Shown here in pieces: positions 1-11,218 of a stretch of 64,000 bases of DNA (positions within the stretch are counted from its first letter, which is position 1; each line of letters opens with the position of its first letter). This DNA comes from Octopus sinensis. Lineage: Eukaryota. Below the pieces are notes generated by a model. That model saw only the letters and a list, made by a program, of their open reading frames with translations, made no database searches and had not been told where the DNA came from. Location of the stretch: the NCBI RefSeq assembly GCF_006345805.1, contig NC_043020.1:15996001-16060000 (forward strand), written 5' to 3'. Made by a program: the position numbers and the translations under genes.

Positions 1-85
1 CAAGTGGTTGGGATGAAAGTTTCTCACCACACAGCCATACTTGCACCCATTGTTAAACAATATTATTATAATGTTGGACAAAGGT

Positions 86-450
86 GCAGGAGTGGCTGTG
101 TGGTAAGTAGCTTGCTTACCAACCACATGGTTCCGAGTTCAGTCCCACTGCGTGGCACCTTGGGCAAGTGTCTTCTACTATAGCCTCGAGCCAACCAAAG
201 CCTTGTGAGTGGATTTGGTACATGGAAACTGAAAGAAGCCCATCGTATATATGTATATATGTGTGTTGCTTGACAACCGATGCTGGTATGTTTGCATCCC
301 CGTAACTTAGCGGTTCGGCAAAAGAGACTGATAGAATAAGTACTAGGCTTACAAAGAATAAGTCCTGGGGTCGATTTGCTCGACTAAAGGCGGTGCTCCA
401 GCATGACCGCAGTCAACTGACTGAAACAAATAAAAGAGTAAAAGAGTAAA
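86..450 (+). mobile_element. SINE family A (tRNA-like head, internal TA/TG microsatellite, AAAGAGT-type tail)
   Basis: Pol III A/B-box-like head (GGCTGTGTGGTAAG...GGTTCCGAGTTCAGTCCC). The same ~400-bp sequence recurs more than 10 times in the window in both orientations. Confidence 0.85.
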
Positions 451-669
451 GGCAGTGAATGGGCAGAATCCTTAGCATGCTGAAGAAAATGCTTAGTGGC
501 ACTTCATTAATCTTTACATTTTGAGTTCAATTTCTGCTGAGGTCAACTTTGCTTTTCACTCTTTCGGGACTGATAAACTGAGTACTAGTTGAACTTCAGT
601 GTCGAGTTTATCGACTTCCCCTCCCCTCAAAAACTCCTGGCCCTATGCCAAAATTTGAAACCATTATTT
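451..669 (+). mobile_element. SINE family B
   Basis: Degenerate tRNA-like head plus the body GGTCAACTTTGC..TTTCGGG..GATAAA..GTAC shared with copies at 3930, 30886, 36990 and 61440. Confidence 0.75.
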
Positions 670-670
670 T

Positions 671-1451
671 GAAGATGTCCTAAAACTGCCACCACACTGA
701 GGAAAATTGATTGTGTTCACCACTTGGTGATGGATGACAAGTGATCGACTATAACTCAAATAGCCAATGCTATAAGCATATCCCATGAGAGTGTTGAGAA
801 TATTCTGCCCAATGAACTTGCCATGATGAAGGCTTCTTCTTGGTTGGCACCATGTCTTCTGACACCTGATTAAAAGTACAACAGACTAATCGCATAACAG
901 GAAAATCTGACACTGTTTGAGGTAGATCCAGCTGGTTTCCTTGAATGTTTCCTAACCCAAGATGAGTGTTGGGTTCATCATTTTGAGCAAGAGACAAAGA
1001 GACAATCCATGAAGTAGAAATATTCCTCCTCATCAGCTCCAAAGAAGGCCAAAGTCGTTTCATGTGCAGAGAAAGTGATGGCCTCAATTTCTTGGGATGC
1101 AAAAGGGTCTTGTTTCATCAGGACAATGCTCCAGCACACAAGTCCTTGTTTTCAAATGCTGCTGTGTGTGACTGGCTTTGAACTGTTTGATCAGCCTCCC
1201 TATCATCTGTTCCCAAACATGAAAAAATACTTGGCTCGGAACCAGTATCACACTGATGATGTCATATCTGCTGTTGATGAGTTTCTTGACCAACAGGATG
1301 AAAGTTTCTTCGCTAATGGGATCCAAGCACTGCAACACTGATGGGAGAAGTATATGAACTGCAAGAGGGATTATGTGGAAAAATAAACTTCATTTAGTCA
1401 CATACTATGGGAGTATTTTGGTCAGCCTATGAACTTTTCACCTGACCCTTG
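671..1451 (+). mobile_element. Decayed mariner transposase (5'-truncated, internal deletions) with right TIR
   Basis: Translates to WLAPCLLTPD / FLTQDECWVHHFEQETKRQS / KVMASISWDAKG / FHQDNAPAHK / HLFPNMKK...WEKYMNCKRDYVEK*, which are mariner DD34D motifs with stops and frameshifts. Ends ...GAACTTTTCACCTGACCCTTG followed by TA at 1452-1453. Confidence 0.92.
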
Positions 1452-2025
1452 TATTTCCTTGCCTATAAAAGATTTCTGTCCAGAGATCTGCCAAAATATC
1501 TGCTAAATTCTAAGAGAAATATTAGTGAAATAAAAGACGGAGATGCTTTGTCACACAGAGAAGCTGCAGAGAGAAACTGCAGGGTCAACTCAGAGGTTTT
1601 ACATGCTCTTCTAAATTCACTACCATGTTAGAAACCTGTCCTTATCATCAACAGGTATCTAATGGTACAAACATTTTGCCCCTTAGCCTGTATGCTTTGC
1701 CTGAGTGGAGCATCAAGGACTGAACTAGTTAGTCTATGAACTTTCACCTGACCCTTGTATTTCCTTGCCTATAAAAGATTTCTGTTCAGAGATCTGTCAA
1801 AATATCTGCTAAATTTTAAGAGAAATTAATAGTGAAATAAATGCCAGAGATGCTTTGTTCCACAGAGAAATTGCAGGATCAACTCAGAGGTTTTACATGT
1901 ACTTCTAAATTCACCACAATGTTTAGAAACCTATCCTTGTCATCAACAGGTATCTAATGGTACAAACATTTTGCCCCTTAGCCTGTAGGCTTTGCCTGAG
2001 TGGAGCATCAAGGACTGAACTAGTT
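1427..2025. repeat. Tandem duplication of a ~300-bp unit (1427-1730 and 1734-2025)
   Basis: Two highly similar copies starting CTATGAAC(T)TTTCACCTGACCCTTGTATTTCC and ending GGACTGAACTAGTT. Confidence 0.93.
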
Positions 2026-2479
2026 TTTGCTTGTGGAAAGGTTCTGCCTATGGTCCCATAGATCCCTTGAGCCAGTCTCAGCTACTGTGCCTATCTCCTT
2101 GGTATTTCCTTAAATCAGGATACTAAAGTTAATAATAATTTTTATGGTCCTTTTAGATTACCATTAAGTGAAAACACGAGCAGAGATCAACAGCAAAAGA
2201 CAATTGTATGAAGTATGGGGTGTTCTGTTACTGATATAATTCAACACTATTTCTGTTTTCGATATTCTCTACACTGACTGTATGCGTATATGAAAGTGTG
2301 TGTATATGTGCATGCTGTGTATTCATAACCATCATATACATATACTTGCAATGAAGTATATATTTGCTTTATAAAACTACTTTGAAGTTGACCTAATAAA
2401 GTTCATTACACCACTAACTTACTACCCACACTACACCACTCTATTACAATGTTCCTTAACTACTGATATAACAATGGGC

Positions 2480-3290
2480 AAACTTACATAGTAATGGTCT
2501 GACAATGGTGTAACTATTGTTATTGTCACAGTAGTGTTTCAACTACATTGTAGCTCGTCTCACAGTGCTAGGCTTCAGTACAGTGTAACTTCCGTCAGTG
2601 TGATGGGCTAACTATATCATAGCCACTGACATAGTAATAGTCTAAGTATGGGGTAGCTACTGTCACTATGAAGGGCTAACTATATCATAGCTACTCTCAC
2701 TATGCTGGCATAAGTACCATGTAGATACAGCTGGTGTGATGGGCTTACTACATTATAGACACTGGAATAGGTATGGTCTAAGTATAGTGTAACTACTGTC
2801 GGTATGAAGGGCTAACTATATCATAGATACTCTCACTATGCTGGCGTAAGTACCATGTAGCTACAGCTGGTGTGATGGGCTTACTACATTATAGACACTG
2901 GAATAGATATGGTCTAAGTATAGTGTAACTACTGTCACTATGAAGGGCTAACTACATCATAGCTACTCGCAAAGTGCTGGTCAAAGCACAGTGTAGCTTC
3001 TGTCAGTTTGATGGACTAAGTACATAATAGCGACTGGTATAGTAATGGTCTAAGTATAGTGTAGCTACTGTCACTGTGAAGAGCTAACTACAACATAGCT
3101 ACTCCCACAGTGCTAGATTAAGTAGTCTGGGCTAACAACATCATAGCTACTGATGTCAGTGTGATGAGCTACCTACATCGTAGCCAACAGATGGTCTAAG
3201 TACAGTGTAGCTTCTGTCATAGGCTAATTACATCATTGCCACTAGCACACTGAAGGACTAACTACTAAGTAGCTACTATCAGAGGCATGG
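2480..3290. repeat. Minisatellite of 34-bp monomers arranged as a 136-bp (4x34) higher-order repeat
   Basis: The marker (G/A)GTCTAAGTA recurs at 2639, 2775, 2911 and 3047 (136-bp spacing). Monomer consensus is about GGGCTAACTACATCATAGCTACTGTCAGTGTGAT. It decays outward to about 2450 and 3470. Confidence 0.88.
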
Positions 3291-3929
3291 TCTCACTGCA
3301 GAGTAACCGTGATAGAACCTTGATGTTGTTAACATCACATTATATTAACAAATATAACTGCAATGTAGCTACCAGTGCCATAGCTGTAACTACCAACATA
3401 GTAAAGGTGGTATATCTCAACGGTAGTTACCAACACAGTAGCTGTACTGTATCATAGTTGTACCAACAAACAGTAGTGAATAAATATATTGACAAGAAAA
3501 ATGAATTTAAAAAAGCTTGTTTCAAGGGAGTTAACTCTGATTGCAATTATGTTAACATGTCGAAAATCGTAAATAATATAATTTTTGTAGATGAAAAAGA
3601 AATTAAAACATGATGGAACAATAATTTTTAAATAATTTTTTTAAAAGAATAAATGTAAGAAATAAAACAACTGAAAGCTTTATTTTATGAGAGTTCGGCC
3701 TGTATTTTTTTTCTTTCGTAAATAATGTTTTAACTTTCAAAAAACGATTTGTAAACATAAAATTTTCCTTCGTGTTTTGATATTCTTGTGAATATTAGAA
3801 CAAGACAAAAAGTATAAAACCAAAATCGAGAAATGCGTTATTTATTTTTTCAAAATTCCCTCCATTCTGAAGTGCTTGGCTGAATTCTGCTTTAAGCACG
3901 CTGTCCGCCAAGTGCTTGTATTAATTGGT

Positions 3930-4075
3930 TTCGAATTATTGCCGCAAGACCCGCAATTTTAGGCGAGGGGATAAATAGATTACATCAACCTCAATGTTTC
4001 ACAGGTACTAATTTTATCGACCCAGAAAAGATGAAAGGCAAAGTCAGCCTCGGTAGAATTTGAACCGAGAAAGCA
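3930..4075 (-). mobile_element. SINE family B, partial
   Basis: Reverse complement of the family B body (GAAAGGCAAAGTC..CCTCGG.AGAATTTGAAC). Confidence 0.7.
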
Positions 4076-4088
4076 AACTATATATATA

Positions 4089-4219
4089 CAGGGTGTCCCC
4101 AAAAAATGTATACACATAGTGGTTCGGCAAAAGAGAACGATAGAATAAGTACTAGGCTTACAAAGAATAACAAATTTACAATTATTTAAGGTGTGTATAC
4201 GTTTTTTTGGGACACCCTG
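4089..4219. mobile_element. Tc1/mariner-type MITE, 131 bp, 27-bp TIRs, TA TSD, carrying a SINE A fragment
   Basis: Left TIR CAGGGTGTCCCCAAAAAATGTATACAC versus right TIR (reverse complement) CAGGGTGTCCCAAAAAAACGTATACAC, 25/27 identical. TA at 4087-4088 and 4220-4221. Internal 4117-4170 matches SINE A at about 308-361. Confidence 0.88.
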
Positions 4220-5336
4220 TATATATCAATTAACATGATGTTATCGAAGGACAATCTCTCCCTCTCTCTTTCTCTCTCTCCATGCTTTCAACACATTACT
4301 AAATTTTGTTTACTAATACATACATACAAATATATATATACCCACACACACACATATAAATACTCGTACAAACATGTATACATACACGCACGCAACACCT
4401 GCATACATGCAAATGCACTCAACCAAACATGCACGTGTGCAGGCCACCTGCAACAACCTACAGAGAAGACGAATGTCGAAGCAATCGATAGCAAACGAAA
4501 CCCAGCGAAATATTTATGTACTTACGTATATTGAAGCGTTATGAGTCGTTTGGTTACTTTCAACAACAGTGGCAAGTGAATTAATTTAAAAGAAAATGAA
4601 TCTGAAGCAAAATGCAATAATAATAATAAACGTGACAATAATTGGCGAAGAAAAGTTGTTATGAGACGGAATAAGGCGGTGTTGGGAGTGTAACAGGTCC
4701 CTGTTTATAACAGACCTCCAGCGGAACTCGTCTGCTAAAGAAGGCTTTCTTCACAACAAATAGTGATTTTGTCGTTTATTTGTTGTTTCAGTTTATTTCT
4801 ATATTTCTGGGGGTGTTTTTGTGCAAATAGATATTTTAAAGAGTCAATAAATCAATGAGAATATTTTACTAGACGCACGTTCATTAAAAATATTTCCATG
4901 CGGAAGTAATGCGCTGTAGTACTACACATGTGTGAGTCTTAGTCTTAGTAAGCTTATACGTTGGTCAGCAAGACATCTGCAATTAACACCAGTTTTGAGC
5001 GTGGTCGCCTGCATCTTGCCAGGCTGATGCTAAGTTGCTCCCGGCCTTGAAATGTGATGCACAAGGTCTTCTTGGGTTTTTCTCTCTCTTTGTTTGTCCC
5101 TCTCTTGGTACCCATTGTATAACTGTCTTGCGGGTTCGGCCTTCTCTTAGTCTAAAAATGTGTGTGTGTGTGTGTGCATATATATCACTTGATAACGGCT
5201 TGAAACTTCACTTTTATGCGGAGAAGATGGGAAAAGAGATATTGCGTAGGGGACATGCATTTTCCAAAGAGTATTATGATTGACATTGAGTGTGGTTTTA
5301 ATGGGTTCAGCAAGCGTATAACTATAAATCTGATAC

Positions 5337-5448
5337 TTATTTCTTTATTACCCTCAGGGGGTTAAACACAGAGAGGACAAACAAGGACAGACAAAGGATT
5401 AAGTCGATTATATCGACCCCAGTGCGTAACTGGTACTTATTTAATCAA
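5337..5448 (-). mobile_element. 5'-truncated SINE B variant with 14-bp TSD
   Basis: TATAAATCTGATAC at 5323-5336 and 5449-5462 flanks a SINE B 3' segment that also occurs at 30886 and 37650. Confidence 0.85.
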
Positions 5449-6101
5449 TATAAATCTGATACCTAACAGTGATAAACTATTAAACTGATAAAAGCACTAT
5501 TCCCGAGAATCGTCTCAGATTGGTTTAGGTCTGTGATTCTCAACCATTTTTTACCTGTGGACCCTTTGATTACTATTTTAGTTTACTGGACCCCCATCAG
5601 CACTTGAAGTTTAGAAACTAATTTTATAGATGTTTCTTTCGAAACTCTTATTTTGCTTGTCACACACTGACTTGCGTAGGCTGAACTATGTTAAATATTG
5701 GAGAAAGAAATCTGTTTCTAACAAAAAATACATCAAAATCAAAATATTTTTCAGGGACCCTTAAAATACTACTGTGGATCACCAATTTACTATTTTGGTT
5801 GGGTGGACTCCCAAAATCATATATGGACACCAGGAGGTCATAGAGATTTTTGTTGAGAACCACTGGCTTAGATTAAATTGCATTTCGAGAATGTTCGTTG
5901 GTAATATAGGGACTCCATTTCCGATATATAATTGTTTCCTTCCAAAACAGTCTTTAACAATTTATTTTCGAGTTAAAGAACATAGAATTGATTTCTATTT
6001 CTGAAGAGTTGGAAAATTGTTCAGACCAAGAAAGGAACTCCTATAGATAACCAGCCTTAAGGTACTGTTCATAAGGGAAAAATATGATATAAGGTTCGGT
6101 C

Positions 6102-6717
6102 TTCTTTTACTTATTTAAGTCATGTAACTGTGGCCATACTTAAGGAGTTTTAGCCGAACAAATCAACCCTAGGACTTATTCTTTGTAAGCCTGGTATTTA
6201 TTCTGTTGGTCTCTCATGCCAAACTGCTAAGTTATGGGGATGTAAACACTCCAACATCAATTGTTAAGCAGTGGTGTCAGGTACAAAGAAAGAAACACCT
6301 GTGTGTGTGTGTGTAACCGTGCCGGTGGCATGTAAAAGCACCCACTACACTCTTGGAGTGGTTGGCATTAGGAAGGACATCCAGCTGAAGAAACTCTGTC
6401 AGATCAAGATTGGAGCCTGGTGCAGCCATCTGGTTTTCCAGCCCTCAGTCAAATCGTCCAACCGATAAACACACCAGCATTGGTTGTCAAGCAATGCTAG
6501 GGGGACAAACACAAACACACACACACACACGCATGTATGTATATATACATATATACGACGGGCTTCTTTCAGTTTCTGTCTACCAAATCCACTCACATTG
6601 CTTTGGTCAGCCCGAGGCTATAGTAGAAGACACTTGCCCAACGTTCCACGCAGTGGGACTGAACCCGGAACCATGTGGTTGGTAAACAAGCTACTTACCA
6701 CACAGCCACTCCTGCGC
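6102..6717 (-). mobile_element. SINE family A with an embedded family C fragment (about 6316-6470)
   Basis: Reverse complement of family A, interrupted by the AAAAGCACCCACTACAC...GGAAGGACATCCAGC segment of family C. Confidence 0.8.
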
Positions 6718-7269
6718 CATATATATATATATATCACGTGATCACGTGACCGACCAGACCATCAGATGTTGTTACACATCGCTGGTCACAATGCGTTCGC
6801 ATTGTTTTAGCCTTCGAATGACGCCACCCCGCTGGCTAAGCGAGCAGGCCAATATATATATATATATATCCTCTACTACAAGACACTTGTTTGTGTCTCT
6901 TTGTCATACTCTAACCTCTCATCACCAGGCACAAATCCACATCCCTGAATACTACTCCCCCATCTCAGTTGAGATGGTCTTGTCTCACAAACTACTTGGC
7001 CACCTCACATGTCAAAAAGCACCTAGTACACTCTGTAAAGTGGTTGGTGCTAGGAAGAGCATCCAATCTATAGAAACCATGCCAAAGCAGACAGCAGAGC
7101 TTGGCGTAGCCTTCTGGCTTGCCAGCTCCTATCAACTTGTCCAACCCATCCCATTATGGAAAACAGACATTAAACAATGATGACGATGATGATGATGATG
7201 AAACGCGCATATACACATATGCATATATACACATATAGTTGTATATGTATATATGCACATATTCTTTTC

Positions 7270-8030
7270 TTTTATTCTTTTACTTATTTCACTCATTTGG
7301 CAGCAGCCATGCTGGAGCACTGCTTTGAAGGGTTTCAGTTGAACAAATCGAACCTCTCACCCCAGGATTTATTTCTTAAGTCTAGTACTTATTCTATTGG
7401 TTTCCTATGCTGAGCCACTAAGTTACAGTGACATAAACACACCAACACCAGTTTTCAATTGGTGATGGGTGGACAAACACACATGCAGATATACACTCAC
7501 ACACATACACATTTATATACAATGGACTTTTTTCAGTTCCCATCTACCAAATCTACCAAATCTACCATCTACCAAATCCACTTGGCCTGAGACTATAATA
7601 GAAGACACTTGCTGAAGGTACCACACAGTGGCACGTAAAAAAGCACCATCCATACATGGTCGATGCCAGCACCACCTTGACTGGCTTCCGTGATGGTGGC
7701 AATTAAAAAGCACCAACCGATCGTGGCCGTAGCCAGCCTCCTCTGGCACCTGTGCCGGTGGTACGTAAAAACCACCCACTACACTCATGGAGTGGTTGGC
7801 GTTAGGAAGGGCATCTAGCTGCAGATACACACTCACACACACACACATTTATATACAATGGACTTCTTTCAGTTCCCATCTACCAAATCTACCAAATCTA
7901 CCATCTACCAAATCCACTTGGCCTGAGACTATAATAGAAGACACTTGCTGAAGGTGCCACACAGTGGGACTGAACTTGAAACCATGTAGTTGCGAAGTAA
8001 ACATCTAACCACACAGCCATGCCTGCACCA
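7270..8030 (-). mobile_element. SINE family A with an internal 147-bp direct duplication flanking a family C fragment
   Basis: 7485-7631 is repeated at 7821-7967. The intervening 7632-7820 is family C sequence. Confidence 0.8.
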
Positions 8031-8195
8031 TATACATAACATTTTTTATCGATGCACGTTATGTGCAAAAGTTACCATCAAATATTAGGGTTCGATTTTT
8101 CTGCCGCATCAGTCTCCCATACTGGCATAATGCAGTCAGTACCGTATCAATACACACTTGGGCTATAACATAGTAACAAGAGCCTTATATAGTTG

Positions 8196-8446
8196 AAATG
8201 AACAAAAAAAATGCAGAAAGCAAATTATTGATATTTCAGATATTTCATTATGTACATTTCAATAATTAATATTCAAATTGATTGCAAATCCTTTCATTAG
8301 ATGACAACAATAATATCGAATAGTTTCTATATTATTGTTCTCATCTGATGAAATGATCTGCAATCGATTTCATTATTGACGATTGAAATGTACTTAATGA
8401 AATACCTGAAATATCAATAATTTGCATTCCAATTTTTTGTTCATTT
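8196..8446. repeat. ~250-bp imperfect palindrome (foldback)
   Basis: The left arm AAATGAACAAAAAA...AACAATAATATCGAA is the reverse complement of the right arm TTTCTATATTATTGTT...TTTTTTGTTCATTT. Centre at about 8322. Confidence 0.85.
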
Positions 8447-8477
8447 AATACATACACTCACACGTGTGTGTGTGTGT

Positions 8478-8865
8478 GGCTTCCGTGCCGGTGGCACACA
8501 AAAAGCACTAACCGATCGTGGCCATTGCCAGCCTACCCTGGCACCTGTGCCGGTGTCATGTAAAAAGCACCATCCATACGTGGTCGATGCCAGCACCACC
8601 TTGACTGGCTTCCATGCCGGTGGCAAGTAAAAAGCACCAACAGATCGTGGCCGTAGCCAGCCTCCCCTGGCACCTGTGCCGGTGGTACGTAAAAACCACC
8701 CACTACACTCATGGAGTGGTTGGCGTTAGGAAAGGCATCCAGCTGTAGAAATACTGCCAGATCAGACTGGAGCCTGGTGCAGCCTCCTGGCTTCCCAGAC
8801 CCCGGTCGAACCGTCCAGACCATGCTAGCATGGAAAACAGACATTAAACAATGATGATGATGATG
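8478..8865 (+). mobile_element. SINE-like family C ((ATG)n tail, internal ~60-bp tandem subunits)
   Basis: GGCGTTAGGAA.GGCATCCAGC.GTAGAAA ... GCATGGAAAAC.GAC.TTAAAC.ATGATGATG. The family recurs at about 10095, 13300, 15000, 15482, 16127, 26740, 31245, 32140, 46000, 46615 and 56535. Confidence 0.8.
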
Positions 8866-8869
8866 ATTA

Positions 8870-9200
8870 TATATATCACGTGATCGCGTGACCGACCAGG
8901 CCATCAGACGTTGCTACACATCACTGGTCACAATGCGCTTCGCATTGTTTTTGGTCTTCAATGACGCCACACTGCTGGCTGCTGGCTAAGCGAGCAGGCC
9001 AACAGAAGGAAGTGTGAGAGAAAGTTGTGGTGAAAGAGTACAGCAGGGATCGCCACCACCCCCTCCTGGAGCCTCATGGAGCTTTAGATGTTTTCACTCA
9101 ATAAAGACATAAACACTCACAATGCCTAGTCTGGGAATCGAAACCGTGATCCTACGACCACAAGTCCGCCACCCTAACCACTGGGCTATTGTGCCTCCAC
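8870..9200 (-). mobile_element. SINE family D (tRNA-like head), CACGTGATCACGTGA tail variant
   Basis: Reverse complement of the 60050-60347 copy. Confidence 0.82.
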
Positions 9201-9244
9201 ACACACACACATATATATATACACTCACATATACACATGCATAT

Positions 9245-9293
<49 letters not shown>

Positions 9294-9401
9294 CATATAT
9301 ATATATTTTATATTTTTTTAATTAATTTTATTTCTATGTATTGGCTTATGATTTTCACTGTTTGATTTGCCTAATAGTGGTTTTATCTCTAAGTTAATTT
9401 A

Positions 9402-9478
<77 letters not shown>

Positions 9479-9520
9479 AAGTATATATATATATATGTAT
9501 ATAGTATATATATATATATG

Positions 9521-10025
9521 TATGAAGTTTGTTCGCAGGGTGTTCAGTGATGAACAGAAGGAAAGATGCATTGGTGACAGCAGGGAGATGATTAAGCTCA
9601 TTATCTCCTATCTAAGAGTAATTGAGACTCTGGTGACCTGTGAAGAAAGCTGGATCTGCTATTATGATCCACAGAGCAAGAAACAGAGTGTCTAATGGAA
9701 GCAGATCGGCCCTCACTAGACCCAAGAAGACCAGGCAAAGCAAGTCCACTTGCAAAGCGTATGATGAGCTACTTTTTCAACAGCAAGGGCATCTTCAACA
9801 TCCATTGGGTTCCTTCTGACCAGTTGGTCAAGAAATGGTACTTTGTGGAAGTTTTGAGGGAGTTCAAGAAGAGATTTCATTGCAAAATGCCAAAGATCTT
9901 CAGTCCAGACCTTGCTCCCAGTGATTTTTGTTTCTTCCCTAACCTGAAAGAGAACCTCAGAGACAATCATTCTGAAAACCCATGAGGGCCTTTGTGAAGT
10001 GACTGGAGAGCTACAACAAGAGCCC
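9521..10025 (+). mobile_element. Decayed mariner transposase fragment (second family)
   Basis: KFVRRVFSDEQK / LVTCEESWICYYDPQSKKQS / MMSYFFNSKGI / FSPDLAPSDFCFFPNLK, matching the WVP, TxDExW and YSPDLAPxDF mariner motifs, with frameshifts and a deletion. Confidence 0.92.
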
Positions 10026-10923
10026 TGAAGCTAGGGGATCTTACTTTGAAAGAAGGGGATTAGAGATTTTTACTTCTTTGAAATTAATAAATGTCATCAT
10101 CATCATCATCATCATCATCTTCGTTTAGCGTCCACTTTCCATGCTAGCATGGTTGGACAGTTCAACTGGGGTCTGGGAAGCCAGAAGGCTGCACCAGGCC
10201 CAGTCTGATCTGGCAATGTTTCTACGGCTGGATGCCCTTCCTAACGCCAACCACTCTGTGAGTGTAGTGGGTGCTTTTTACGTGCCACCGGCACAGGTGC
10301 CAGACGAGGCTGGCAAATGGCCATGATCGGATCATGCTTTTTACGTGCCACCGGCATGGGTCGCTTCTGAAAAAGTCTCAAACCCTTTAGAATGCATCTT
10401 ATACATAAAAAAAATAACCAAATTATGCAATTAGAAATGGAACAAATGAAATCCTATGCAGCCATGATCTCCATATGACTGAGTCAGACAAATCTGAATT
10501 ACCAGTCATAAAATTTTATGCATGTTGACAAGAGAGAAATTAATTAAAACATGATGCTGTGAGTAGATGGATGTTTGTGACTGTCCAAAGGCACTGAAGA
10601 TAACATTCCAGGATAGCAATAAATCTAATTGTCAGATAGAGATATATTGATAATACAAACTAAAGCATTCATGTACAGACAAACATGGGAATACAAACCA
10701 ATTTTCATCCACATGTAAAGAAACAAAACCAATATATCTTTTATCTTTCACTTGTTTAAGTCACTGGACTGTGACCATCCTGGGAAACCATCTTGAAGGG
10801 TTTTAGTTGAATGAAATCATAGCCATGGCCTATGCCAGTGCTGTCTGACTGGCACCCATGCTGGTGAAAGATAAAAAGCACCATTCAAGCATTGGGTCTC
10901 ATGGAGGCAGTGACAGGTGAATA

Positions 10924-11218
10924 GTGGAGGCACATGGCCTAGTGGTTAGAGCAGCGGACTCGCGGTTGAGGGTTCACGGGTTCGAATCTCAGACCGGGTG
11001 ATGTGTATGTTTATGAGCGAAACACCTAAGCTCCATGTGGCTCCAGCAGAAGGTAATGCTGACTCTTTCGCCACAACTTTCCCTCACTCTTTCCTCCTGC
11101 ATCTTGCAGCTCACCAGCGACAGACCGGTGTCCTGTCTAGGTGGGGAACCTATATGCCAAGGAAACCGAGTAACCAGTCCTTATGAGCCAGGCATGGCTC
11201 GAGAAGGAACAAACATAT
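10924..11218 (+). mobile_element. SINE family D nested in an older family C-like copy, 12-bp TSD
   Basis: Head GGAGGCACATGGCCTAGTGGTTAGAGCAGCGGACTCGCGG...GGTTCGAATC. AGTGACAGGTGA occurs at 10909-10920 and 11219-11230. Confidence 0.87.

Larger units (their letters stand above)
3550..5560. promoter_or_regulatory. CpG-retaining island, candidate promoter region
   Basis: About 60 CpGs by hand count in ~2 kb, versus about 10 in 660-2400. ETS-like GCGGAAGT at 4900-4907, palindrome TGTAGTACTACA at 4915-4926, and palindrome ACACATGTGT (E-box) at 4924-4933. Confidence 0.4.

Noticed and set aside
2480-3290. 34-bp periodic repeat with dyads resembling a CRISPR array
   Set aside because: Monomers are directly adjacent with no unique spacers, there are no cas genes, and the context is eukaryotic.
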